From the NCBI GenBank assembly GCA_963716745.1, contig OY970320.1:768001-832000 (forward strand): 64,000 nt of DNA, read 5' to 3'. Positions 9,726 to 19,305 of the stretch are shown here, one piece after another (the first letter of the stretch is position 1; the number at the start of each line of letters is the position of its first letter). Below the pieces are notes generated by a model. That model was not told where the DNA came from. It saw only the letters and a list, made by a program, of their open reading frames with translations, and did no database searches. Both the position numbers and the translations under genes were made by a program. The DNA is from an uncultured Gemmatimonadaceae bacterium (GTDB lineage Bacteria; Gemmatimonadota; Gemmatimonadetes; Gemmatimonadales; Gemmatimonadaceae).

Positions 9726-12359
9726 TCAATCCGTTCGCAGCGCCCCCACCGGATCAATCGCCGCCGCGCGCCGCGCCGGCAGCCACGCCGCGATCATCGC
9801 GACGCCGAGCAACACGACCGTCACCACCGCGAGCGACACGACCCCGTTCCCGCCGCTCGCGCCGAATATATTCCCCACCGCCCGCTGTCCGACGATCGCC
9901 ACCACGATCCCGATCGCCGCGCCGAGCATCGCATAGCGCATCCCCCGCACTACGATCTCGCGCACCACTTCTCCCCGCTGCGCGCCGAGCGCCATGCGCA
10001 CGCCGATCTCCTTGCGCCGCGCGCTCACGGTGTAGGAGAGCAGTCCGAAGATGCCGACGGCTGCGAGCACAACGGCGGCGCTGGAGAATCCGCCGAGCAA
10101 TTGCACGAGATGTCGCGGCTGCGCCACCGACCCGTACACGACGTCGCGCATCACCGCCTGCCCGTCGAGCGCCGCCGCCGGATCCAGCGCGTGCAGCACC
10201 GCGTGTGCATCCTTGATGACCGTCTGCGCATTCGCGCCCGGCTGTGCGCGCACGAATACGTTCATCACGCGGTCGACCCCCTGCGACGCCGGGTCGTACA
10301 TCGCGTCGCGCGTGTTGTCCAACCCGACGTACGGCACGTCGCCCACGATCCCGACGATCGTGGTATGCGGACACTGCACGCAACCGCCCACCACGAGCTG
10401 ACGCCCCAGCGCCGACCGTCCGGGAAAGAAGTGCTGCGCCCACGTTCGGCTCACGATCATCACCGGCGCGCCGTTGGCGCTGTCGGCCGGCCCGAAGTCG
10501 CGCCCCTCGAGGATCGTGAGGCCGAAGGTCTCCCAGTAGCCGTGCGATGCGGCGAGCTCCGGCGACGTCGGCTGCGACGTGCCCGCCGGCACGGGCGCAT
10601 CCACCAGGTCGAAATTGTCCTCATCAATGCCGTCTCCCTCCGGCGGGAGTCCGCTCGCGTAGCTCGCGTTCTCGACACCGGGGATCTCTCTCAGCGCCGG
10701 CAGCGCGCGCGCCCAGAAACGCTGGCGCGCGGAATCGTTCTGGTACGATGCCGCCGGCAGCGCGACGCGGATCGTCGCAATGCGATCGACATCGAAACCC
10801 GGCTCCATGCGCGAGAGCGAGAGGAATCCGCTCAATAACAGACCTGTGCCCGCGAGCAGCGGCAGCGCGAGCGCGAATTCCGCCACCACGAACGCGCCAC
10901 GCATTGCATGGGTACGCCGTCCGCCGCCGATCGCGCGCGCACCTCCGCCGAGCGATGCCGAGTCGCCGCGCAGCAGCATGACGATCGGATAGGCGCCGAT
11001 GATGATCCCGGCGACCACGGCCACCAACACCGCGAACAACACCGCCTGCGGATCGAGGCGCGCCTCGTTCAGCCGCGGCACGTTGGGTCCGATCCGCACC
11101 AAGAGATCCAGACCGAGCGCGCCGAGCACGATGCCGCCTGCCGCGCCGGCGAGCGCGAGCACCACACTCTCTACCACCACGAGTCGCACCAGCCGCGCCC
11201 GCGTCGCTCCCAGCACCGAGCGCAGCGAGAGTTCCGGCGCACGCGCCGTCGCGCGCACGAGCGTGAGGCTGGCGACGTTCGCCACCGCGATCAGGAGCAC
11301 CATGAGCGCCGCGCCGCCGAACAGCGCGAGCATGCGCGGCGCGTCGCGGAGCATCACCGTGCGCAGCGGAACGGGCGTGATCCTTGAGGTGTTGTCCTGA
11401 TAGCCGGCCGCCCAGATCGGGAAGATCCGCTCGCTCACCGCCGCGAAGTCGCGGCGCGCGGCGTCGAGCGTCACGCCCTCTTTGAGCCGCGCGTACACGA
11501 ACATCCCGAACGGCCCCCGCCGCTTCGGCGTCTCGAGCTGGAGCGCGGTCCACACCGGCACGGGAACGCCGGCCAACTGCAGCACATCAGCGGGCAGCAC
11601 GCCGACCACGGTGTGCGCGATGCCGTCGATCGTGACCGTGCGCCCCACCGCCGCGGCATTGCCGCCCAGTTTCTCCTGCGCGAACCTATGCGTCACGACC
11701 ACCACTGCCGGCGCGCCGACGATATCGTCACGCGGCTCGAGCGCTCGGCCGGTCGCCGTCCGCACTCCGAGGACGCGAAAGATCCCGCTCGTGGCGCGCC
11801 CGATCGTGAGATTCTTCGGCTCGTCCCCCGCCGACACTGGGGCGGAGTTCACGCGAAAGGCACCTACCGCCTGGATGGTCTGCGCCTGCGATTCGATCGC
11901 CTGATAATCCACTGTGGAGAGTCCCCAGCGGTGCTCCGGCGACGATTGCTCGAAGAGTCGCACGAGTTGTTCATCGTGCGCATACGGCAAGCCGTGGAGC
12001 ACGAGCGCGTTCACGCCGCTGAACACCGCCGTGGTCGCGCCGATCGCGAGCGCGAGAATGAGCGCAGCCGAGATCGTGTAGGCCGGGCTGCGGAGGAGCA
12101 CGCGGATCGCGTAGCGCACGTCGCGCAAGGAATCGTCGAACCAACGGGTGCCGCGCACATCGCGATGCTGCTCTTCGTATCGCGCGGTGCCGCCGAATGC
12201 GATCATCGCCTGGCGGCCGGCTTCCTCGCGCGAGAGGCCTCTCGTGCGCACGAGATCATCGGTCTCATGCTCGATGTGCGTGCGCATCTCTTGGCTCATC
12301 TCGCGATCGATCGCGCTCGCGAAGAACAGCGCACGAAGTTTCCGCAGCAACCCCCGCAT
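9726..12359 (-). CDS. ADOP-type duplicated MacB/FtsX ABC permease
   Basis: Prefix domain, LALAIGATTAVFS, LLIAVANVASL, KEIGVRMALGA; start overlaps the padR stop. Confidence 0.93.
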   Translation of the reverse strand: MRGLLRKLRALFFASAIDREMSQEMRTHIEHETDDLVRTRGLSREEAGRQAMIAFGGTARYEEQHRDVRGTRWFDDSLRDVRYAIRVLLRSPAYTISAALILALAIGATTAVFSGVNALVLHGLPYAHDEQLVRLFEQSSPEHRWGLSTVDYQAIESQAQTIQAVGAFRVNSAPVSAGDEPKNLTIGRATSGIFRVLGVRTATGRALEPRDDIVGAPAVVVVTHRFAQEKLGGNAAAVGRTVTIDGIAHTVVGVLPADVLQLAGVPVPVWTALQLETPKRRGPFGMFVYARLKEGVTLDAARRDFAAVSERIFPIWAAGYQDNTSRITPVPLRTVMLRDAPRMLALFGGAALMVLLIAVANVASLTLVRATARAPELSLRSVLGATRARLVRLVVVESVVLALAGAAGGIVLGALGLDLLVRIGPNVPRLNEARLDPQAVLFAVLVAVVAGIIIGAYPIVMLLRGDSASLGGGARAIGGGRRTHAMRGAFVVAEFALALPLLAGTGLLLSGFLSLSRMEPGFDVDRIATIRVALPAASYQNDSARQRFWARALPALREIPGVENASYASGLPPEGDGIDEDNFDLVDAPVPAGTSQPTSPELAASHGYWETFGLTILEGRDFGPADSANGAPVMIVSRTWAQHFFPGRSALGRQLVVGGCVQCPHTTIVGIVGDVPYVGLDNTRDAMYDPASQGVDRVMNVFVRAQPGANAQTVIKDAHAVLHALDPAAALDGQAVMRDVVYGSVAQPRHLVQLLGGFSSAAVVLAAVGIFGLLSYTVSARRKEIGVRMALGAQRGEVVREIVVRGMRYAMLGAAIGIVVAIVGQRAVGNIFGASGGNGVVSLAVVTVVLLGVAMIAAWLPARRAAAIDPVGALRTD

Positions 12360-12688
12360 CAGACGGCCTTCAGGATCTGTTCCACCGCCGCCGAGAACAG
12401 CTTCCATTCCGCGCGCTCGGCGGCGAGTTGTCTCTTACCCTTCGGCGTGAGGGTATAGAATTTCGCGCGGCGTCCTTCCAGCGAGATCCCCCACTCGGCG
12501 GCGATCCAGCCTTTGTCTTCCAGGCGATAGAGCGCGGGATAGAGACTGCCCTGCCCGACATCCAGCACATCACGGCTCAATTGCCGCAGCCGTTTTGAGA
12601 TCGCCCAGCCATGGAGGGGGCCGAGGGCGAGGGCTTTCAGGATCAGGAGATCGAGTGTGCCTTGGAGGAGGTCTGCGCGTGGGGGCAT
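12359..12688 (-). CDS. padR: PadR-family transcriptional regulator
   Basis: GTLDLLILKAL..LHGWAI..GSLYPALYRLE..RRAKFYTLT. Confidence 0.95.
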   Translation of the reverse strand: MPPRADLLQGTLDLLILKALALGPLHGWAISKRLRQLSRDVLDVGQGSLYPALYRLEDKGWIAAEWGISLEGRRAKFYTLTPKGKRQLAAERAEWKLFSAAVEQILKAV

Positions 12689-12702
12689 TTTGAATCCATG
12701 GG

Positions 12703-12755
12703 TCTATTGTTATGTCGTTCGACAATAGAGTACTTACCTTGTTGTCGGATGTCAA
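12703..12755 (-). promoter_or_regulatory. padR promoter and operator
   Basis: Minus strand TTGACA-N17-TACTCT; inverted repeat TCTATTGT...ACAATAGA (12703-12729); shares TCCGACA with the first padR promoter. Confidence 0.7.
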
Positions 12756-12793
12756 GGTAACGGCAACGGCACGGGCCACCAGCGCACTTACTA

Positions 12794-12973
12794 TCGCAGT
12801 CAACAGCAAACAGTCACGAGTGACTGCCAGTCTACAGTCAACAGTCAACAGGTCACAGAAAACGGATCGCTGCGCTGGGAAGGCTCCCAGCACATCGATC
12901 CGTTTTCTGTGAGCTGTTGACTGTTGACTGTAGACTGCCGTGCCGTTCTCGTGACTGTTTACTGTTTACTGCA
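12794..12973. repeat. Family A inverted repeat, copy 5
   Basis: Near-identical variant right arm and similar loop (CTGGGAAGGCTCCCAG) to copy 4. Confidence 0.92.
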
Positions 12974-13016
12974 ACTCGCCCGCCCGCATGTGGTGCAGGT
13001 CGCAGTTCAGCAGTGC

Positions 13017-13673
13017 CTAGGAAACGAATTCATACGCACACCCCCGTTGCTGCACAAGCCCAATCGCCTGCGTATGCGCCGGCACGATATGTACTCCCGG
13101 ATTCAACCCAGCCACCAACTCCGCCTTCACAACATCAATCGGCTGCTTCGTATCCCCCGCCAACATCGCCGTCACACCATTCAACGCATTATTGCACTGC
13201 CAAAATATGGCCCCCCGCGCCTGCAGTGGCTTCACTCCGATCAATTTCCCGCGCGTCGTGATCCCATCCAGCCAAATATTCCGCGTCGCCCACTCATCCG
13301 TTCCCGGCTCCTTCACCGAATAGCGCTTCCCGAGCTCGTACTTCTTCCATAACGCATCCCCCGCATTGATCGCAAATCCCTTCCCCGCGATCGCGACCAC
13401 ACAATTCACATCGGGATAAGAAAGATCGAACACTTCCTTATACGCATCGAAATTGTTCGTCACCACAAGCAACGCGATATCCAACGCGCCAATATCGAAC
13501 ACCTGCTTGTGCTTTCCCGTGAGCGTATCCATCCACGACAGATCCCACTTCCCGCCCCCCGGTGCCCGCGCCGCCGTCGCCTGCCCGAACGCCTCCACCG
13601 GCTTCAGCGTCGCCGCCGCCGCGATCGCCGAGAGCGTCGCCAGGAACGACCGCCGTCCAGATCTTTCCATCAT
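13017..13673 (-). CDS. Tat-exported DsrE-like hypothetical protein
   Basis: GRRSFL twin-arginine signal; KHKQVFD, LQARGAIFWQCNNAL, PGVHIVPA..QQRGCAY. Confidence 0.8.
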   Translation of the reverse strand: MMERSGRRSFLATLSAIAAAATLKPVEAFGQATAARAPGGGKWDLSWMDTLTGKHKQVFDIGALDIALLVVTNNFDAYKEVFDLSYPDVNCVVAIAGKGFAINAGDALWKKYELGKRYSVKEPGTDEWATRNIWLDGITTRGKLIGVKPLQARGAIFWQCNNALNGVTAMLAGDTKQPIDVVKAELVAGLNPGVHIVPAHTQAIGLVQQRGCAYEFVS

Positions 13674-13699
13674 GCCATGACCCTCGGATAGAAGACTCA

Positions 13700-13768
13700 C
13701 CGTTTTCTGTGACCCGTTGACTGTAGACTGTCGACTGGCAGTCACTCGTGACTGTTTGCTGTTTACCG
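13700..13768. repeat. Family A solo right arm (copy 6)
   Basis: CCGTTTTCTGTGACCCGTTGACTGTAGACTGTCGACTGGCAGTCACTCGTGACTGTTTG with no partner arm. Confidence 0.85.
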
Positions 13769-15608
13769 CCCTACCCGCTCAATGTCCTCCCCAAGAAGCC
13801 GCGCCGCCTCAATAGCACGAGTAACCCCCTCAGCCCCTCCCGCCCCCGCACTCAACCGCAGCAAATCCAATCGCAGATTTTCGAGCGCCGCAACAACCGA
13901 ACTCAATCTCGCCTCCGCAACAGTCCTCGCCGCCTTGAGATCCGTAACCAATTCCTCCCCCCTTCCACCCGCCCCGCGCGCCAGCCGAATTCTTCGCCTC
14001 CGCGATCGACGAATCCAACTGCTCGATCCTCGCCCGCGCCGCCTTCGCCTGCGCCTCCAATCCCCGCAACACCGCCGGCACGTCCCCGAGCTGCTTCTTG
14101 GTCTCCTTAGACAAACTCCCGAACATCGCCTCCGCCGAAGAACTGATCGCCATCTCCGTCGGACGGTTCGCCGTCGCCGCGACCGCGCGAGTGCCGAGCC
14201 TCCAGCCCGCGATCCGCGCGAGGATCCGCCCGCCGCGCCCCTCCCAGAATTGCAGCCAGCGCGATGTATTCTCCCGCAGCCGCTTCCAGCGCTTCGACAA
14301 CACGGTGAAGATCGTCCCCAGCCACAACGTACTAACCCCGATCCCCACGATCGCTGCTGTATGCAGCACGGCATTCGACGCGATCAATCCCGCGCCTCCG
14401 ACAAGTCCCAATAGGCCGATGAGGCGAATGATCTTCTCCTTCGCCCCGGTCGTCGGCCCGTTCTCGAAGATGAATTCATCTCGCCGGTGCGCGACGCTCA
14501 CGCGCAATCCCGCCGCGATATCGTCCGGTCCATAGCCGAGCCGCAACAACCGCCGCAACCTCGCGATCACCACGCCCAGTGGTACCGCGAACGCCACCGC
14601 CACCTCGGCCGCAATAATCAGCGGCACCCAACTCTCCCAGCGCGCAGCGAACATCACCGATGGTCCCACCGAGATGATCACGATCGGCGCTATCACCAAC
14701 TGCACCATCCGCCGACGGTCCAGGAACACCCTTATCGGCACCGGCACTTCTTCACTCTTCGCCAGCGATGGACTCAGCGCCTCCGCCAACGCCTCGCCAC
14801 GATCGAACCGGTCCGCCGGATCCTTCGCCAAACACTTGTCGATCGCCATAGCAATGTGTCGCGGTACCCCGCGCGCCGTCTCAGTCACACTTGGCGGGAT
14901 CTTCGTCACCTGCTGCGCGATGATCGCGTGCGCGGAATTCGCCGTGAACGGCAGCGCGCCGGTCATCATGTAGTAACCCACCACGCCAAGCGAATAGAGA
15001 TCGCTGCGCCCGTCCACCGGCTCGGCGGTCGCCTGCTCGGGACTCATGTACTCCGGCGTGCCGAGCACTTCGCCCACCGCCGTCTCGCCGCCCGCCTGCG
15101 CGAGCCGCGCGATGCCGAAGTCGGTCACGAGCGCGCGACCGCTCGCGCCATCGATGAGGATGTTCGCGGGCTTGATGTCGCGATGCACCACGCCCTGCCC
15201 GTGCGCATACGCGAGCGCCCACGCCACTTCGCGCAAAATGCGCGACCCTTCGTCCGGCTTCATCGCGCCGCGCTTCGCGATGAGCCCGCCGAGCGTCTCG
15301 CCCTCCACGTACGTCATCACGTAGAAGACGAATCCGCCGATCTCGTCGACCGAGTGGATGGGAACGATGTTCGGATGCGACAGCCGCGCCGCCATGCGCG
15401 CTTCGCGAATGAAGCGATCTTTCAGCCGCGCATCACTCGCGAATTCCGGCGGCAAGAGTTTGATCGCCACCGGCCGGTCAAGCCGCACTTCGCGCGCGAG
15501 ATACACGACTCCCATGCCACCACGGCCCAATTCGCGCTCGAGGGAATAACGACCCACAAGCGCCGCCTGAAAATCCACGAACAATTGGTCAAACTGGGAG
15601 TCCGGCAT
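13763..15608 (-). CDS. Membrane Hanks-type Ser/Thr protein kinase (frameshift near 13960)
   Basis: LGRGGMGVVY, VAIK, HRDIKPAN, DFG, GTPEYMSPE; four TM segments; coiled-coil tail continues in another frame (ARLSSVVAALENLRLDLLRL). Confidence 0.92.
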
Positions 15609-15627
15609 TACCTCCTCAGGAGCGCAC

Positions 15628-15771
15628 TCGAACCGCTGACGGCGGGGTTGGTACCGCGAGGGGCGCGCTTGGCGTTGGCGTTGGGAACTGCGAGCTCAAT
15701 GGAGGTCGCAGTTCCCAACGCCAACGCCACACACGCCGGCAGCGGTACCAACCCCGCCGTCAGCGGTTCGA
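15628..15771. repeat. Long intergenic nested hairpin
   Basis: TCGAACCGCTGACGGCGGGGTTGGTACCGC ... GCGGTACCAACCCCGCCGTCAGCGGTTCGA with inner stem GGCGTTGGCGTTGGGAACTGCGA / TCGCAGTTCCCAACGCCAACGCC. Confidence 0.88.
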
Positions 15772-15779
15772 CGCACGCC

Positions 15780-16835
15780 TTACGCAGTTTCCCCAGCCTT
15801 CACCCAATTCGTGAGTAGAGTGTAGGCCACCGCCAGCACCACCGGTCCCACGAACAACCCAATGAGCCCGAGCGAAAGCAACCCGCCGATCACGCCCGCG
15901 AATATCAGCAGCAACGGCAGATCCGCTCCCTTCTTGATCAACAATGGCTGCAAGAAATTATTGATCGACCCCGCCACCAACGCCCACACGAGCAGGAACG
16001 TCCCCCATCCCGATCCCTGCGCGTTGTAACTCCAGATCACCACCAAGGCCATCACCGGCAGCGGCCCGATCTGCGCCACGCACAGCACGAACATGATCGC
16101 CGTGAGCACGGCCGTGAACGAAACGCCCGCGATCCAAAGTCCGATGCCCGCGAACAACGCCTGCACGATCGACGTGACCACCACTCCCATCGCCACGCCA
16201 CGGATCGCGCCGCCCGCGAGCGCGACGGTCGACTCTCCCTGCTCGCCGCCAAGTCGCTTCGCGAATGCTTTGAGTCCCCGCACCGCCGTCTCGCCGCCCG
16301 CGAACATCACCGCCGCAATCGCCACGGTCAACAGGAATTGCACCAAAAACGCCCCCAGATCACCCGTTTCGGCGGCGAGCCATCGCGCGACGGTGGTGAC
16401 ATACGGCTGCATCTTCTCGATGAGCGCCGGCGCGCCGAGCGCGACGTTGGCATTCCATTCCTGCACCGCCTTCTCGCCGACGACAGGGATCTTCGCGACC
16501 CACGCCGGTGCGGGCGGCAGCTCGCTCGATGGCAGTTTGTCCACGAAGGCTTTGACTTCGTCGACATTGCTGGCCACTGCGAGCACGGTGAGCCCCACCG
16601 GGAGCACGACCACCGCGAGCAAGCCGAGCGTCATCAGGGTGACGGCGATCCACCGTTTCTTGAATGCCCATCGCTCGAGCGCTCGCATCATCGGCCACGT
16701 GGCGACCACGATCATCACCGCCCAAATGATGGCGCCGACGAACGGCCGCATGATCCAGAACGCACCCACCGTGAGCGCCGCAATGAATCCGACGCCGAGT
16801 ACGGTGCGGACGAGGTCGTAATCTTGTTTGGGCAT
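15780..16835 (-). CDS. ydiK: AI-2E family transporter YdiK
   Basis: IVVATWP, LAGGAIRGVAMGVVVT, DLPLLLIFAGVIGGL..GLIGLFVGPVVLAV. Confidence 0.9.
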   Translation of the reverse strand: MPKQDYDLVRTVLGVGFIAALTVGAFWIMRPFVGAIIWAVMIVVATWPMMRALERWAFKKRWIAVTLMTLGLLAVVVLPVGLTVLAVASNVDEVKAFVDKLPSSELPPAPAWVAKIPVVGEKAVQEWNANVALGAPALIEKMQPYVTTVARWLAAETGDLGAFLVQFLLTVAIAAVMFAGGETAVRGLKAFAKRLGGEQGESTVALAGGAIRGVAMGVVVTSIVQALFAGIGLWIAGVSFTAVLTAIMFVLCVAQIGPLPVMALVVIWSYNAQGSGWGTFLLVWALVAGSINNFLQPLLIKKGADLPLLLIFAGVIGGLLSLGLIGLFVGPVVLAVAYTLLTNWVKAGETA

Positions 16836-16954
16836 AGGGCGCTCGCGGGAGGGAGTTCGACGCGCGAGCAAAGGTAATGCGCCGTCGGCTTAACGGCTAA
16901 TAAGTGCATCGTGCATCGTGCATCGTGCCGCGTGCCTCGGCACTGCGCCGCCGT

Positions 16955-17707
16955 TCAGGGAGTCGTCTCCGCCTCCAACGCCGAGATCGTCCTCAGATCT
17001 CTCGATTGTTCCGCCACTGGCATGCTCATGACCGCGCGGTACATCGCGCGCTCCGCCCAGCATTTCTCCGCAGCCGACGCATTCTTTTGGTCCCCCACGA
17101 TCTTGCTCCATTTCCCGAACGCCGAATCGCCGAGCACTTCCATCAGATCGTTGCCGAGCTGCAGCTGGTCCTTATTCGTCGGCACCGCGGGCGCCGGCGC
17201 GTTGCGCAGCTGCGCTCCCGCCGCCTCCGCGTTGAGCCGCGTGAGCTTTTCGAGGCTCACCGAATCCAGTCCTTCCAGTCCCGTGCCGAGTGCGGGATCG
17301 CCGGGGGCGCCGGAATCCTTCACATTGCATGAGGCGGAATCCTGCTGGAACATGACGAGGAGCAATTTCGCGCGTTCGATCAATTGCGTGCTGTCGAGGC
17401 GAGCGACGCCGAGTGGGGTGAGCGAGGCCGTGAGCGATTCGGCTTGTTCGGGGGACATTCCGTTGGCGATCAGCGCGAGCGTATCAGAGATCCGCGCGTA
17501 GTCCAGCGCTCGCGCGGTGAAACGCTGGGTGCGGTTCGCGGGGAGCGTGGCGGATCTGATGTTCACCGTCTCGAAATTATGCGAATAGGTGCGAACGAAC
17601 GCGCGCGCGAGGAGCGAGGCGAGGATCGCGGTGAGCACGCCCAGCAGGATGAGACTGCGCTGGAGGGTGAGGAATTTGTCGGGGCGGAGCTGTTCGGAGA
17701 GTCGCAC
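16955..17707 (-). CDS. Hypothetical membrane-anchored protein
   Basis: 250-aa ORF with an N-terminal TM segment; fills the gap between neighbours. Confidence 0.55.
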   Translation of the reverse strand: MRLSEQLRPDKFLTLQRSLILLGVLTAILASLLARAFVRTYSHNFETVNIRSATLPANRTQRFTARALDYARISDTLALIANGMSPEQAESLTASLTPLGVARLDSTQLIERAKLLLVMFQQDSASCNVKDSGAPGDPALGTGLEGLDSVSLEKLTRLNAEAAGAQLRNAPAPAVPTNKDQLQLGNDLMEVLGDSAFGKWSKIVGDQKNASAAEKCWAERAMYRAVMSMPVAEQSRDLRTISALEAETTP

Positions 17708-17783
17708 GTACTACTGACTGGAGCGCGGAATCGGCCGTAACGGCGGCGAAATCGGGGGATGTACGGTTTCGGCAGATTGTGGG

Positions 17784-17908
17784 ACCGGCACTACGAATAC
17801 CGTCGTTTGCGAGTAGAAGCCGTCGGGACTCTTGAGTCGAGTGTAGATACCGCATTTAGAGAGTCCCGACGGCTTCTACTCGCAAAAGACGGCGTAGGTA
17901 GCGCCAGT
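17784..17908. repeat. Intergenic hairpin with CTAC...GTAG ends
   Basis: TTTGCGAGTAGAAGCCGTCGGGACTCT ... AGAGTCCCGACGGCTTCTACTCGCAAA. Confidence 0.85.
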
Positions 17909-17928
17909 ACCTGGTCCTACTCTCTCCG

Positions 17929-19242
17929 CTACGCCACTACTACCGTCTTTATGTTGACGAACTCGCGGATGCCGAACGCGCCGAGTTCTCGTCCGTAGCC
18001 CGATGATTTGATACCGCCAAATGGGAGGCGTTGGTCGGAGTGGACCGCATCGTTCACGAATACCGTGCCTGCTTCGATGAGTTCCGCGGCGATCCGCTCA
18101 CCGCGGTCGGAGTCGCGCGTAAGAATGGCGGCGCCCAGTCCGAATTCGGAGTCGTTGGCGAGTTCGATGGCGTGGGATTCATCGCGGGCGCTGATGATGG
18201 CGGCGACGGGGCCGAAGAGTTCTTCGGAGTAGGCGGGCATTCCGCGGGTGACGTTCGTGAGGACGGTGGCGGGATAGAATGCTCCTGGTCCGTCGGGGAT
18301 CTTGCCGCCCAGCAAGCATTTCGCTCCGCGCGCGATCGATTCCGTGACCTGGCGGTGCAATTCCGTGCGGAGATCGAGTCGCGCCATGGGGCCGAGTTCC
18401 GTGGCGGGGTCCATTGGATCCCCCATGCGCGCGGCCTTCATTCGCGCAATGAATAGCTCCGTGAATTTGTCCCGGATCGATTCCACGCAAATGAAACGCT
18501 TCGCCGCAATGCAGCTTTGCCCGTTGTTCACGAGGCGCCCTTTCGCGGAGATCCCGGCCGCCTGCTCGAGGTCCGCGTCGGCGAGCACGAGATACGCATC
18601 CGATCCGCCCAACTCGAGCACCGTTTTCTTGAGCATCGCCCCGGCCTTCGCCGCCACCGCGCGGCCCGCCCCCGCGCTCCCCGTGAGCGTCACCGCGCGC
18701 ACGAGCGGATGCTCGATCACCGCCGCGACTTCAGAATTCGAGATGAGCAGCGTGCGAAAGAGATCCTTCGGGAATCCCGCTCTCCGGAACAGTTCCTCCA
18801 GCGCCATCGCGCACTCGGGAACGTTCGCCGCGTGCTTGAGCACCGCGCCATTCCCCGCCATGAGCGCCGGCGCCGCGAAGCGGATCACCTGCCAGAAGGG
18901 GAAATTCCACGGCATGATCGCGAGCACCACGCCCAGCGGCTGGAACGTCACGAACGATTTCGATGCTTCGGTCGGAATGACCTCTCGCGCAAGGAATCGC
19001 TCCGCGTTCGTACTATAGTAGTCGCAGCAATTCGCGCATTTGATCGCTTCCGCGCGCCCGTCGCGCACCGGTTTGCCCATCTCGCGCGCCATGAGGCGGG
19101 CATACTCATCGGCCCCCTCGCGCAGCAACGCCCCCGCCCTTCGCATCGCCGCGCTACGCGTCGCGAAGGACGATCTCCTCCACTCGCGGAACGCTCCATC
19201 CGTCGCGTTGATGATCGTACCGGTGTTAACCGACTGCGCCAT
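17929..19242 (-). CDS. NAD(P)-dependent succinate-semialdehyde dehydrogenase (Sad/GabD1-like ALDH)
   Basis: IMPWNFPFWQ, TLTGS, LELGGSD, GQSCIAAKRF, EELFGP, PFGGIKSSGYGRE. Confidence 0.93.
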   Translation of the reverse strand: MAQSVNTGTIINATDGAFREWRRSSFATRSAAMRRAGALLREGADEYARLMAREMGKPVRDGRAEAIKCANCCDYYSTNAERFLAREVIPTEASKSFVTFQPLGVVLAIMPWNFPFWQVIRFAAPALMAGNGAVLKHAANVPECAMALEELFRRAGFPKDLFRTLLISNSEVAAVIEHPLVRAVTLTGSAGAGRAVAAKAGAMLKKTVLELGGSDAYLVLADADLEQAAGISAKGRLVNNGQSCIAAKRFICVESIRDKFTELFIARMKAARMGDPMDPATELGPMARLDLRTELHRQVTESIARGAKCLLGGKIPDGPGAFYPATVLTNVTRGMPAYSEELFGPVAAIISARDESHAIELANDSEFGLGAAILTRDSDRGERIAAELIEAGTVFVNDAVHSDQRLPFGGIKSSGYGRELGAFGIREFVNIKTVVVA

Positions 19243-19305
19243 TGAGTCCGATCCGCAGTTGAGTCCGCCCGCAACAGCCGACAGCCGACAGCCCGCCCTC
19301 CGCCT

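Noticed and set aside
1490..13768. Family A/B repeats as CRISPR arrays
   Set aside because: They are dispersed inverted repeats, not direct repeats with unique spacers, and there are no cas genes.
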